A stretch of 64,000 nucleotides of DNA from Octopus vulgaris (Eukaryota): NCBI GenBank assembly GCA_951406725.2, contig OX597814.1, positions 6,448,001 through 6,512,000 of the forward strand, given 5' to 3'. Under the pieces are notes generated by a model that saw only the letters and a list, made by a program, of their open reading frames with translations, did not search any database and was not told the DNA's origin. Each line of letters opens with the position of its first letter. Within the stretch, counting starts at the first letter, position 1. Below, piece by piece: positions 51,983 through 63,956 of this stretch. The translations under genes and the position numbers were made by a program.

Positions 51983-54384
51983 AATAAAATATAGAAAATT
52001 TTAGAGGCTGTTGTGAAACTTTATGTAACATTGATCCAGCAGACCTATGATTCATAAATATCCAGTAATTTTTTTTTTCTTTCTATTATAGTCTCATCAT
52101 CATTTCCGTCTTCATTAAATGTTCACTTTTCCATGCTTGCATGGGTCGCACAGAATCTCACTTCAAATTTCTAAAAACTATTTCTAAATCTTCGGTGTTT
52201 TTTCTATTATCTTCATTGTTAATTCATTCCGTTGTTTTCACTCTGTTATTACTATTAACTGACTTCTACTTCATTTTAACTGTTGATTCGAACAGTCTTA
52301 CAAAGTAGACTCCTTCTAGCTGACTTCAAAACATTCCAGACTGGTTATGCCTGGTAAATAGTCACAGCAGATAATTTTGTCTTAGACTTTTTGCTAATCA
52401 GATATTACATAATCAACTTAATTACTTTGGTCATAACTAAGTTCCTGACAACACTCAGTCAACTAGGTTTCTTCTTTTCTGTTTACTGGTATAACTACTT
52501 GTACCATTCAAAAGAAAACCGAGGCCTCAAAATACACACCTACTTGCTATGTTTAATTCATAGTGTTCTCAAAAATTGCTATTTTCTTTTCTCTTTTTTC
52601 CTCTCAAATGTATTTCCATTTGTAGTGTTTGAAAGGAGAAATAAAGCAAATTAAGTGGGAGACCAAAGAAAACAAAACCATATTGATCATAAATTAATAT
52701 CTAAATAAGACAAAAATGGGAAAGTTGAAAGAAAACTAAGATGTTTGCGCCAGCAATTTTTCCCATTGACAGACTAACTTAAGATTAGTTTAGTGCTGAG
52801 TTTGCAATAAATTGGTTAAAAGAATAGTTTTAATGGCTTTCTATATTTACATAGAACTCGAGAGACAAAAGGAAATGAGCAGAAAATACCAGGAATTCTC
52901 AAAAAAAATAAAGACACTCTTGTTTATTAATCTATTAGCATTTCTTTCAAGAGTGATATCTTAATCTCAGAGCTACGATTATGGTTCTTTATTGTCATCA
53001 TCATCATCATCATCATCAATCGTTATTGCAGGAGTTCAACAAAACATCAATAATACAACAAACATTTCATCACACGTTGCTGACTTTTGTCATCGTCAGA
53101 TCTTCATATCCTGAAACCAGCCCCTACTCCTTCAGATCTTCATATCCTGAAACCAGACCCCACTTCTTCTTCCCAAGTCTTCTTTCATCTTCCCCACCCT
53201 TAGGTTCCTTTCATAGATTACTTACCATTTCCTTACTCAACAGACATTTACATACAATCTCCTCTTTTACAAATGGCAGCTGATTCTTCTTATATCCAGT
53301 TTTTCTTGCAAATTATTTATCCTTCGTTGTTCATTCATGTTACCATTGCACATCCAGTAAAGCATGCATGTCTCATATCCCTCTTCTACCTTCCTCTATC
53401 TTTTCCATTCAATACTTATATTTCTCTAAACTTTTACCCCATTCTCCATTTTAGTAATGTTTTCAGAAACCCTTCTCTGCTGCTATTTTGATCGTTTACA
53501 TAACAGAAGCCATCAGCATCTTCAATAGGAGAACCTTCTGAACATTTTATAAGAATTCATTTCACTTGTTTTCTTACAGACAACAATTCTTCTTCCTCCA
53601 CCTGCTTCTTTCTAACCCCTGCACCCTTGTGTACGCTTGAACCACCCAACCCATACCAGCATGGAAAAACAGACGTTAAACGATGATGATACAGAATTCC
53701 TTTCAACTGTTTTTCTGCATCTTCAAATTTACTTTAATTTCTGTCAATTCTAGGTTTTGCTTTCCATGTTTGGAATTATTTTTTTCTCCAAATCTTCGAC
53801 ATACCGCTCTGAGAACTCGGTCATTTAGCATGTAGAAGTTCCCACGGGCAGCAGATCTTAAACTCTTCTGATATGACCTTGAAGACTTTAATAAACAGGA
53901 GGGGGCTGAGAATTGAAACTTGGGCACCTACCTTCATGTTTACCAATTCTCACCTTTCTGATAATATCTCTGTATATAGCTTTCACAACTCTCATTATTT
54001 ATTCAGTTCGTGTGTGACATCCTGTGCCTGGCGGATAAATGCCAACTGTTGGGGAGGCCTGACATTGTACTCCAGACTTTGCTTTAATTTGTGCAATTTG
54101 CACTCAAATCTCAACCAGAGATGTCAAGGGGCAACAAGGTTTTGCGTCTAAAGATGCAAACTGGTAAGGTGCCATACAACTGAAAACAATGAAGTCTGTG
54201 GAAGAAAAAAAAAGATAAAAAATAAGGTTGCATTTCCATGGAGAAGAATTTATATAGACTCTGTGGGGAGCCATGAGTATTATCTTTTGTAATTTGCTTA
54301 TTTTGGGGCTGCCAGGGATTTGGTCTCCACATTTGATTGCTCCTTTTAATATAATTCCATGTACTCCAATAATAATGGACTAGT

Positions 54385-54830
54385 ATCCTTCGATCACCTC
54401 TGTCTACGCCACATCCTTCGTATCCGATGGCATCACTTTGTCTCCAACAATTTGGTGTGACACCAGTGCAAAATCACCTTCCTCTGACAAGTCATCCTAA
54501 CGAGAATTCTGCATTGGCTGGGTTATGCTCTCCGTCATCAACCAGGAGAATTCATCTGTGAAGCAATTGCCCCAGCTCCCCTTCAGGGTTGGTGAAAGCG
54601 ATGTGGTGGACAACGAAAAACCTGGTTGATGACTACCAAGGCTGATCTGGAACCCAACCTAGGCCCCCATATCTATGGCGTTCGCCGCTGGAATAAGGAG
54701 TGGTTGGAGATCATGTGGTCGTTAGCCTCAAATCGCCAGGTCTGGTCAGTGTTTGTGAGAGATGCAGCATTGAGGATGAATGAAGCCAGCTCAACCCACT
54801 CCGGGTGAATGCTGTCTCAACACAAGAGAA
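54385..54830 (+). mobile_element. Decayed RTE-clade LINE 3' end (second RTE family)
   Basis: FDHLCLRHILRIRWHHFVSN...LHWLGYALR...GW*KRCGGQRKTW...LASNRQVW matches the RTE pattern FDHRCLR.I..I.W...VSN..RLRWLGHVLR..WKR.RGGQ..TW..A.NR..W. Confidence 0.85.
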
Positions 54831-54998
54831 TCATAAAGGATAATGTCTTGGCATTGAAATGCCATTTTCTTCTGATTTCAATCTCTCAGTTCTTATGTTT
54901 GCTCAGTTTCTCAAATGTTTTCCAAGATGTGTTTTTGTCAGCTGGAACTGCAACGATTAAAAGACAAGTCTTTTCAACATTATTGATATCTGGTCAGT

Positions 54999-55380
54999 GT
55001 GGAGGTGCAATGGCCCAGTGGTTAGGGCAGCGGACTCGCAGTCATAGGATCGCGGTTTCAATTCCCAGACCGGGCGTTGTGAGTGTTTATTGAGCGAAAA
55101 CACCTAAAGCTCCACGAGGCTCCGGCAGGGATGGTGGTGATCCCTGCTGTACTCTTTCACCACAACTTTCTCTCGCTCTTACTTCCTGTTTCTGTTGTAC
55201 CTGTATTTCAAAGGGCCGGCCTTGTCACTCTCTGTGTCACGCTGAATATCCCCGAGAACTACGTTAAGGGTACACGTGTCTGTGGAGTGCTCAGCCACTT
55301 ACACGTTAATTTCACGAGCAGGCTGTTCCATTGATCGGATCAACCGGAACCCTCGTCGTCGTAACCGACGGAGTGCTTCC
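54999..55380 (+). mobile_element. Full-length SINE family D (reference copy)
   Basis: A box tggcccagtgg, B-box-like gtttcaattccc; 13-bp TSD atatctggtcagt at 54986-54998 and 55381-55393. Confidence 0.93.
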
Positions 55381-55968
55381 ATATCTGGTCAGTTAGCCTG
55401 GATTTCTCAATCAGAACACTGAAATTCCAAAGGGAAGTGGCGGCCTTGGCATTCTGGGCAACTTGTGCTGGCTTGTGTTTCCACCAGTTATTTTTATGGG
55501 GGAAGTTGCATGTGCAGCATATTGACCTGCGTATGCACTGAGGTGTTCTGTCTTTGCAAGCATTCTGTTGATGCCAGTCAGCTGTACCCAGAGATTGTGT
55601 GCTTCATTATCTCTGGATGGTCTTCACATACATGGCACTCTGCTTTCATATTTTAGGACTTTACTCTGGTAATTCCTAATTGGAAGGGACTGGTCCTGAG
55701 CAGCAATGATATACCCCTCAATTTCTGGGTTTGAAACCAGAGCATGTCAGCCACTGATGTATAAAGGTTTGATCTACATCAGGGTCCCTGGCTCTTCTCA
55801 GGTATTTGCCGTGCTGCTCTCATTTCTCCTTAATATATTGGAGGCTGGTTTGATTAGTTTTGCCTTGTTGGTTCAGGTGACATTTTCTTTGGCTGCTGAT
55901 TCATTTAGTTATATTTTTTGAAGGTAGATTTTTTCATTTCACGTCACTGAGTTCAGCTTTTTAATATC

Positions 55969-56203
55969 TATTTATTTACTACCCTCAAGGGGCTAAACAC
56001 AGACGGGACAAACAAGGACAGACAAATGGATTAAGTCAATTATATCGACCCCAGTGCGTAACTGGTACTTAATTTATCGACCCCGAAAGGATGAAAGTCA
56101 AAGTCGACCTTGGCAGAATTTGAACTCAGAACGTAACGGCATACGAAATACGGCTACTCATTTCACCCGGCGTGCTAACGGTTCTGCCAGCTCGCTGCCT
56201 TTC
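55969..56203 (-). mobile_element. SINE family B
   Basis: Reverse complement of 30699-30930; TSD tttttaatatct on both sides. Confidence 0.92.
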
Positions 56204-56610
56204 AATTTTTTAATATCTTCATGTTTCGGAACCAGCTTTAACATCCAATCATTAGTTTGTTCCAGGTAGGCAGACAGTCCCATGGTTGCAGTCTTCAATG
56301 AGAGTTGAGATTGTGTTAACCACTGAACACCTTCTTTTTTCAGGAGGTATATTTTGTCTGTCCCCTTTGGGGTGATGCATACAATGCAGTTACATCAGCT
56401 TTTGGATTTTGACGGCAACTTCATTAATCTCAGAGAGAGACTAGCTTATAACATGGAAGGTATATGTGATTACAGGTATATGTGATTACAGGTATATGTG
56501 ATTACAGGTATAGCAAGTATCTTTATGGCCTCAGTTTTGTTTCTGACATTCAACTTGGTTTTCAGAATAGTTCTTTCTCTCTCATGGTACTCCTTCTTTA
56601 TCTTTTGTCT

Positions 56611-57415
56611 CATCATCATCATCATCATCGTTTAACGTCTGTTCTCCATGCTAGCATGGGTTGGACAGTTCGACTGGGGATCTGGGAAGCCAGAAGGCTG
56701 CACCAGGCTCCAGTCTGATCTGGCAATGTTTCTACAGCTGGATGCCCTTCCTAACACCAACCACTCCGTGAGTGTAGTGGGTGCATTTTACGTGCCACCT
56801 GCACTGGTGCCAGGCGAGGCTGGCATCGGCCACGGTCGGATTGGTGCATTTTACGTGCCACCTGCACGGAAGCCAGTCGAGGCAGCACTGGCTTCGGCCA
56901 CGATTCGGATGGTGCTTTTTACGTGCCACCGACACGGAAGCCAGTCTAGGCAGCACTGGCTTCGGCCACGATTCGGATGGTGCTTTTTACGTGCCACCGA
57001 CACGGAAGCCAGTCTAGGCAGCACTGGCTTCGGCCACGATTCGGATGGTGCTTTTTACGTGCCACCTGCACGGAAGCCAGTCGAGGCAGCACTGGCTTCG
57101 GCCACGATTCGGATGGTGCTTTTTACGTGCCACCGACACGGAAGCCAGTCTAGGCAGCACTGGCTTCGGCCACGATTCGGATAGTGCTTTTTACGTGCCA
57201 CCTGCACGGAAGCCAGTCGAGGCAGCACTGGCTTCGGCCACGATTCGGATGGTGCTTTTTACGTGCCACCGACACGGAAGCCAGTCGAGGCGGTGCTGGC
57301 ATCGGCCACGCTTCGGATAGTGCTTTTTACGTATCTCCAGTCCAGGGGTCCTGGCATCTGCCGGGTGCCAGTCATAGGATTGGTTCAATTTCGATTCCAA
57401 TTTCGATTCCGATCA
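56611..57415 (-). mobile_element. Family C element with seven 68-bp tandem units
   Basis: Anchors at 56855, 56923, 56991 ... 57331 (exact 68-bp period). Confidence 0.95.
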
Positions 57416-57943
57416 ATGAATGTTTAATCCCATCTCCTTCACATATTCTTAAATACTTAAGACTACCCTCTGGTTCTAATTCTTCTATCTTGGTGTCTCT
57501 ATTTAGGGCGATGCTGCATGTATTTGATATTTTTCTCTTGACAAATGCAGCCCTGGTATATTTGTCCAACCCAAGTCCCAGTTTGATATCATCAATAAAT
57601 TGTTAGTCATCCATATAGAGGAGATGGTTATTTTCCCCTTCACCTTGTATCCATAATTTGTCATTATCTGTTTCATTCATGAGTATACTTAGAGGAATCG
57701 GTGCTAAGCAGAATAACAAAGGAGATAATGATTCTCCTTGAAGCATTCCACAATTAATATTGTCTTGTCCAACATTTATACATTTGAACATCTCCAAACA
57801 TTCCTTTATCAAGCTGCAAGAAAGATTATCAAAGGCCTTCTTGCAGTCTGTTCCAGGCCACTGAAAGAGGTTTTTTTCTTGTTGTGACAAACTCCGAGAA
57901 TCATTTTGTTTACAGTCTTTTTCTTCATTATGGAAGATGTTGA

Positions 57944-58162
57944 TTAACCCTTTGGTGTTCAGTTTACTCTGTTAAATGTAATACTTTTTCACTCAAATTG
58001 TTTTGAGTTAATCATGCATTATCTTCTAGCTTTGGGGTTTCGATGATGTCATTGTTTACTTTTAGAATGTCACTGTAGGTTAGGTGTGAGAGGCTGGATA
58101 TGGCCAGTTTGAATGTAGAATATTTGGGCCGGATATGGCCGGTTTAAACACTAAAGGGTTAA
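57944..58162. mobile_element. piggyBac-type MITE (second family) with TTAA TSD
   Basis: TTAA-ccctttggtgtt ... aacactaaaggg-TTAA; two subterminal ggatatggcc(a/g)gttt repeats; it interrupts the R4-type LINE. Confidence 0.85.
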
Positions 58163-58389
58163 TGAGGGAAGCATATGAGTGTTCCATTTGGACAGATGTA
58201 AGGTACTTGTACATTGTTATAAGGTGTGTTATGGGTCTGTAATTCTTAGGGTTTTTATTGTTTTGTCATTTTTAGGGGTCAAAAGAAGTGATCCCATTAG
58301 CCACCCATTCCAAGGTCATTTATAGTTCCTTCGTAATTACATTGTAACAAAAAGTTAACTTTTTGTGCATGTTGCATTTGGAATCAATA

Positions 58390-58550
58390 TTCTTGATACT
58401 GGGCCACAAACAGTTTCCTTTAGCAACCAAGGACCTTTTAAACAATTCTGGTTGTTCCTAATAGAGCAGATTTCTGTATTAATGCAGCTCTCACAGTTCC
58501 ACCAATCTCAATTAGGAAACCATCAGGTCTATTGGTAATGGTACCTAAAT
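58390..58550 (-). mobile_element. 3' ORF end of a second R4/Dong-type LINE
   Basis: LGTITN...LIQKSALLGTTRIV*KVL resembles ALGT....LQK.ALLGTARILRKVL. Confidence 0.7.
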
Positions 58551-58843
58551 GGTCGTGATTCATATCGAACCCTTCTGGGTATTAGTGCGCGTCTACGATG
58601 AGTCTACGATTTTAAAAAAAATTTACCATCATTCTTTTCCATTTTAATGCATTTTTTCGCTATTATATAAGGGAAGTAACTCTCTAAAAATGTCTACAAT
58701 GAGTCAACGATTTAAAAAAAATTTACCATCATTTTTTTTCCATTTTTAATGCATTTTTTTTGCTATTTTTTGGCTATAACTCTCTAAAAATGCTTATATA
58801 GTTATTTCCTTACAAACCCGAGCAACGCCGGGCGATACTGCTA

Positions 58844-58844
<1 letters not shown>
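58551..58844 (+). mobile_element. Non-autonomous Helitron-like element, 3' portion
   Basis: Subterminal hairpin cccg-agcaacgc-cggg (58817-58832), then CTAG|T terminus; internal direct repeat about 100 bp apart. 5' end not clear. Confidence 0.75.
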
Positions 58845-58888
<44 letters not shown>

Positions 58889-58891
<3 letters not shown>

Positions 58892-59195
58892 AGGTGCAAT
58901 GGCCCAGTGGTTAGGGCAGTGGACTCGCGGTCGTAGGATCGCAGTTGCAATTCCCAGACTGGGCATTGTAAGTGTTTATTGAGCGAAAACACCTAAAGGC
59001 CCACGAGGCTCTGGCAGGGGGTGGTGGCGATCCCTGCTGTACTCTTTCACCACAACTTTCTCTCACTCTTTCTTCTGTTGGCCTGCTCATTTAGCCAGCG
59101 GGGTGGCGTCATTCGAAGGCTAAAACAATGCCAAGTGCATTGTGACCAGCGATGTGTAGCAACATCTGATAGCCTGGTTGGTCACCGTGAGATAT
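58889..59195 (+). mobile_element. SINE with family D head and an alternative body
   Basis: Matches 55001-55180 up to about 59070, then unrelated sequence. Confidence 0.85.
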
Positions 59196-59934
59196 ATATA
59201 TCAATCTCTCTGTCTCTGGCTGGGTAACCATGTGCCTCCTCTACAAGACACCTCTTTCTGTCTCTGTCACATCTGGCATGAGATATCCTCCAATTCCGCC
59301 TCCCCTCTCAAAGGGTCCTTGTCTTGCAAGTTACTTGGTGACCCTGCCAGTGCTGGTGCCATGTAAAAAGCATCCAGTCTACATTGTAAAGTGGTTGGCA
59401 TTTGGAAGGGCATCCAGCAGTAAAAAAATCATGTCAAACCCATGCCACCATGGAAAACACATTAAAAGCTGATGATGAAATACATATAAACTTGTATGTT
59501 GTGTGTGAATTTATATATATATATAAAAAGTTTATATATATGTGTATGTATATATATGTGTATATATATATCTATATATATATATATATATATCATCATC
59601 ATCTTTTAACGTCCGTTTTCCATGCTAGCACATATATATATATAGATGATGATGATGTACCTATATGTATATATAAATGTATACACCTGTATATAAGTAT
59701 ATACCCACCCACGTACATTAATGAACAGCGTAAAAATCCATTACTTTTTATTACTTTTTACTCATCATGTCTGCATCGCATCAACCACACAAGTCTGCAC
59801 TAATGTAATAATCCAGTTTGCAAAAATCTAATTATATATGCTGCAGTAAAAAACACCTGGAAATCAGTTTCTGCTAGTCATTATGATAAGATTATTCTTA
59901 TCATCATCATCATCATCATCATCAAGTCTAGCTT

Positions 59935-62145
59935 GTTCAAATAATGATACCATACCCAACAACTGGTGTAGCAGCATTATGATGAGATGTTACAAAGGCA
60001 AAAGAGATGCCTTAACTGAAGTATTTGCATGGGTGTCAAATTACTGGACCAGGTCACGAAAGTTCGAGAAACGCTTATAACTCAATTACCATAAAAACCT
60101 ATGTAATTTGCACACCTGTGTAATTTACGCAGGTGATTTTCAGGATAAAATTTGTTAAAAAAAACCTTCTACTCATGTAGAATTCGCACCTAAAAGTTTT
60201 CAGAATTGCTGATATAGCCAAAGGAAAACTGGTTTTCAATTTAGTTGTATTTAGCATAATTTCACTTACTTACGAATAGATTTTATTAAATTTTCATTAA
60301 ATAAAAATAATTTCTGTTTAACATTGAAAGCTATTAATTTACATAGTGTTTGTGCTGTTTACCATAAACTTTATTTTACATTTGTTGCTCCCAAGAGATT
60401 TTAGCAAACTGCTGTACGTCTTCTCAAATCACAATCGCAGGAAAAGTTGTTCATAAGAATTATTAATAAGATAAATATGCATAGGTATTGCAAATTAAGC
60501 TTAATTACCAATAGACATCAGCTTGGATGACACTTTTCTCAACCGACAGAGGAAGGTGACCGATCAAACTGATTATGGAAACAGAATTCTTTTCTGCCTT
60601 CTCTTGGTGGAACCTTTGATGTGGAGGATCGAAATTTGAATTGCTTTCACACCTATAAAATGTCAAGCAAACTTTAAAATTTGTCATTACTCTTATTGTG
60701 AGTATGGGCAGAACTTGTGAATTGTTTACTGCAAAGGAGAAATTAAATATGATGAATATTACATTTGAACATAGCAATTGAGCTGCTGGAAGGCATTCTA
60801 ATGTTCATGAAGCCAATGTTGGAAATTGGCAGAAACAGTAGGACAAATCTTAAAACTGTGCCTAGTAATGAAGAGACAAAATTAAAAGCATACAATCAAG
60901 ATTATCCACATCGTTACAGTTTTCTCAGTCAGGAATATCCATATCACTATGTATGTCAATGGTGCTCTGTTGTGATAGGCAGAAACTCCAAGCAATGTAA
61001 ATTAGGGCCCAGGCCGTGTTTACCAGCATAGATGTCAGACTTCAAAAAGTAGTTCATCACTTAATGGTTTTAGTAAATTTATACAGAAAAAGTAGGCATT
61101 ATACCGTCCAGCATAAATAAAAGTCAACTTCATTATGCATATTAAACCATTATTTTTTCTGTTGAAGCCTATTCTCACATCAAATGAATCAACTTCCGGG
61201 TCAAATGTTTACGTTTTGTACATTTTTTCAACAAAAAAAATTTCGGAAACACTTATGTAATTTATGCAACCTTTATAGTCTAATTTTATTTTTGTGAAAA
61301 AAGTGTGTAAATTTCATGGGTTTTTATGGTAATTTGAAGAGAGCCTGGAAGAGATGCTGTTTGGTTTTATCCTTGGGAGAAGCACTACTAATATTATCTT
61401 CATATTAAGGCAACTGCAGAAGTATTTTGTTAGAAATAAGCCACTTGGCATTTTGTTGACAAGGAGAAAGTCTTTGACAGGGTCCCTTGCTCACTAATCT
61501 GGTGGTTGCTGCAGAAGCTAAGGATAGACTAATGGCTGGTGAGAGCTGTCAAAGCCGTATACAGGGTTGCTATCAGTAAGATAAGAATTCATAAAGTTTA
61601 TCATAAACTTTATTTTACATTTCTTGCCCACAAGAAATTATGTCTGATCTTCAGCCTACTGCTGTACATCTTCTCAAATCACGATCACAGGAAAGGTTAT
61701 TGATAAGAATTACCAACAAAAACAAAGCTGATAAACCTGCACAGGTGTTGCAAATTAAGTTTAATTACCAGAGCTCAGTTCTCATTCACCTCTTATTCCT
61801 TATAGTGTTCCTGGCCATAACAGAGGAGTGTAAGACTAGCTGCCTATGGGATCTCCTCTGGCCTTGTTCATATAGCTTAATTTGTTGTAGAAGTTCCTGG
61901 TATGGAAGCAAAACCTGGAATTAAAGGACCTTAAAGTTAATTTAGCAAAGATCAAAGTTCTAGTTAGCAGGAAAACAGATAGGACTGGATTCCCTTCAGT
62001 AAAATGAACCTGCTTGACCCAAGGAAAAGTTTTGGTAGAAATTCTTTACGATAAACCCAGTGAAAACAGAGGACACGTAAGAGGTGCAGAAGAATAGCAA
62101 AATGATTAACAGAAAAAGTAGACTTTGTCTGTGACAGGTGTGCAC
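59935..62145 (+). mobile_element. Decayed RTE LINE RT region, interrupted by a TIR element and a filler segment
   Basis: IPNNWCSSI..CYKGKRDAL..GVKLLDQVTKV | EEMLFGFILGRSTT.IIFILRQLQ..FVDKEKVFDRVP..LIWW | QSSVL..LLF..CLWDLL..LKVNLAKIKV, all RTE RT motifs. Confidence 0.88.
60087..61331. mobile_element. Non-autonomous TA-flanked TIR DNA transposon (Tc1/mariner/pogo-like), about 1.24 kb
   Basis: TA-ccataaaaacctatgtaatttgcacac ... gtgtgtaaatttcatgggtttttatgg-TA; RTE coding sequence resumes on both sides; no intact transposase. Confidence 0.82.
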
Positions 62146-62146
62146 A

Positions 62147-62418
62147 ACCCCCTACACCGAGAGCATCGACAGATGGATGAATGTGCATCCAGGCTCAGCG
62201 GTTGCGTAGGAAGTCAGGGACAGGAAACAGGAAGAAAGAGTGAGAGAAAGGTGGAGCGAAAGAGTACAACAGGGATTGCCGCCACCCCCTGCTGGAGCCT
62301 CGTGGAGCTTTAGATGTTTTCGCTCAATAAACACACACAACGCCCAGTCTGGGAATCGAAACCTTGATCCTCCGACCGCAAATCCGCTGCCCTAACCATT
62401 GGGCCATTGCACCTCCAC
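62147..62418 (-). mobile_element. SINE with family D head and a third body type
   Basis: 62225-62418 is the reverse complement of the D head; 62147-62224 is unrelated to the other D bodies. Confidence 0.85.
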
Positions 62419-62770
62419 TTGAGGCAGCTGCTTATCACATATGTGATGTCCTCCACATAAATGTGGCTTAATCGATTGGTTTCATTTTGTGGTTCCAATG
62501 GCTCCACTGGATCTTGTTCTCCAGGTATTTTGTAGCAATCTCCTGTTCTTGGATTGCAAACACACAGCCTTCAAAGTGTGATCTGATGTAGTGGTCATCA
62601 GTCCAAGAGAGGCTGCACTTCATGTTGATATTAGGGTCTTCTTCAAGTCTTCATAAAACCTATTTATGGTATGTTAGTCCAGCTGTTTTGGGATTGTATG
62701 GCAGCTCAAGAAGAGACAACTTCCCAAGGGGCTTACTACTGACATATAGGACATTGTTCTTTTTGCTTTA
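62419..62770 (-). mobile_element. Decayed restriction-like-endonuclease LINE fragment (pre-CCHC and CCHC region)
   Basis: SHFEGCVFAIQEQEIATKYL...RLSHIYVEDITYVISSC resembles EG...AIQEQ.I.T......CRLC....E.I.HIISGC. Confidence 0.7.
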
Positions 62771-62783
62771 CAACATTAAGTCT

Positions 62784-63131
62784 ATCATCATCATCATCGT
62801 TTAACGTCCGTTTTCCGCGCTAGCACGGGTTGGACGGTTCGACCGGGGTCTGGGAAGCCAGGAGGCTGCACCAGGCTCCAGTCTGATCTGGCAGAGTTTC
62901 TACAGCTGGATGCCCTTCCTAACGCCAACCACTCTGTGAGTGTAGTGGGTGCTTCTTACGTGCCACCTGCACAGGTGCCAGGGGGGGGGTCTGGCATCGG
63001 CGACGATCGGTTGGAGCTTTTAACGTGCCACCGGCACGGAAGCCAGCCAAGGCGGTGCTGGCAACGGCCACGAATGGATGGTGCTTTTTTATGAGCCACT
63101 GGCACTGGAGCCAGTCGAGGCGGAGCTGGCA
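62784..63131 (-). mobile_element. Family C element (same subfamily as 35078-36011, about one unit)
   Basis: Shares diagnostic ccgcgctagcacggg, ggtgccaggggg and ggcactggagccagtcgag with the 35078 copy. Confidence 0.9.
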
Positions 63132-63640
63132 ACTGATGGAAATACAGATTCCAGATAAAAAAAGGAAAAAGTATGAAATGATGTAAACAACAAGTCGTTT
63201 TCACATTTTACTTTGCAATCAGTTTTTTTTTTGTCTCTCTTCATTATTTAACTTCATTTGGTAAACTCTAGTAAAATATTCTATGTATGTATTTTTGTTG
63301 TTGTTGTTGTTGTTAAGGAAGTGTTGTTTGTGTGAGACTATACGACATTCAATGGCTGTCTGCACTGATATTGAGTTTCTACCTCATTCATCCCTTCTTA
63401 AGTAGAACCTTTCAATATTACTATTTCTGTGGAAGCTTCCAGATGATGTTATTATCTTTCAGATTTCAACATCTCTTTTACCCAGACCAGTGCATGTGTG
63501 TGGCTGAAGCTGCATGTTGGAGATTGTTTTTGAAGCAGTCTTAGTGTTTACTGCCCTGCTCTACCCACTGCCTATGAAATCTCTCTTCCCTGTTAACCTG
63601 CCTAGGAGCCTACTACACCTCTTGTGTCCGTTTTGTTTAC

Positions 63641-63745
63641 CTTGAACACATTTCATAGATTTTCTCCCAACTCTGTTTCTGCAAATGGAGGAGGATTATT
63701 TCCCCGATGTTATGAATGTTCTGAAAAATTCCATCAAGCTGCTCT
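63641..63745 (-). CDS. Candidate internal coding exon (105 bp, phase 2 to 2); peptide (Q)EQLDGIFQNIHNIGEIILLHLQKQSWEKIYEMCS(R/S)
   Basis: Strong acceptor ttttgtttctttttttcag, donor AAG|gtaaac. Only one open frame, and it matches the phase of the upstream exon. Non-repetitive sequence. Confidence 0.55.
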
Positions 63746-63877
63746 CTGAAAAAAAGAAACAAAAATCACCAAATTTAGCTGGACCATCCTGTATATTGCT
63801 CAGTATGTCTTCTATTTAAGGGTGTACTTTGTGGAGGTTTTGTCTGCTATTTTCTGCAGAATGGGTAACTGACTCAC

Positions 63878-63956
63878 TGTGTGTGTTTATTAAAGCCTGA
63901 CATGTCTTCTGGTAAGTGTTTGGGGTTAAAAAGACAATGGCGTCTTTTTTCTATTA
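63878..63956 (-). CDS. Candidate internal coding exon (79 bp, phase 1 to 2) of an unidentified host gene; peptide xIEKRRHCLFNPKHLPEDMSGFNKHT(Q)
   Basis: Minus strand: pyrimidine-rich acceptor ...tttttatctggaatctgtatttccatcag, donor CA|gtgagt. The only stop-free frame joins in phase (CA+A = Gln) to the next exon across a 132-bp GT-AG intron. Confidence 0.5.

Larger units (their letters stand above)
54835..58330 (-). mobile_element. Decayed R4/Dong-type (restriction-like endonuclease) LINE, fragmented by four insertions
   Basis: In order on minus: KNPKNYRPIT..TMYK; GMLQGESLSPLLFCLA..HLLYMDD; GLDKY; LKYL..EGDGIKH; MHHPK; EIEGYIIAAQDQSLPIRNY; CHVC..H.ISG (CCHC remnant); PDI..KTCLLI.VAVPADKN..EKLSK (RLE). 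Confidence 0.88.

Noticed and set aside
63860-63911. Plus-strand coding exon (ttttctgcag ... CTG|gtaagt)
   Set aside because: Stops in all three frames. It could only be non-coding or UTR, and the overlapping minus-strand model is better supported.
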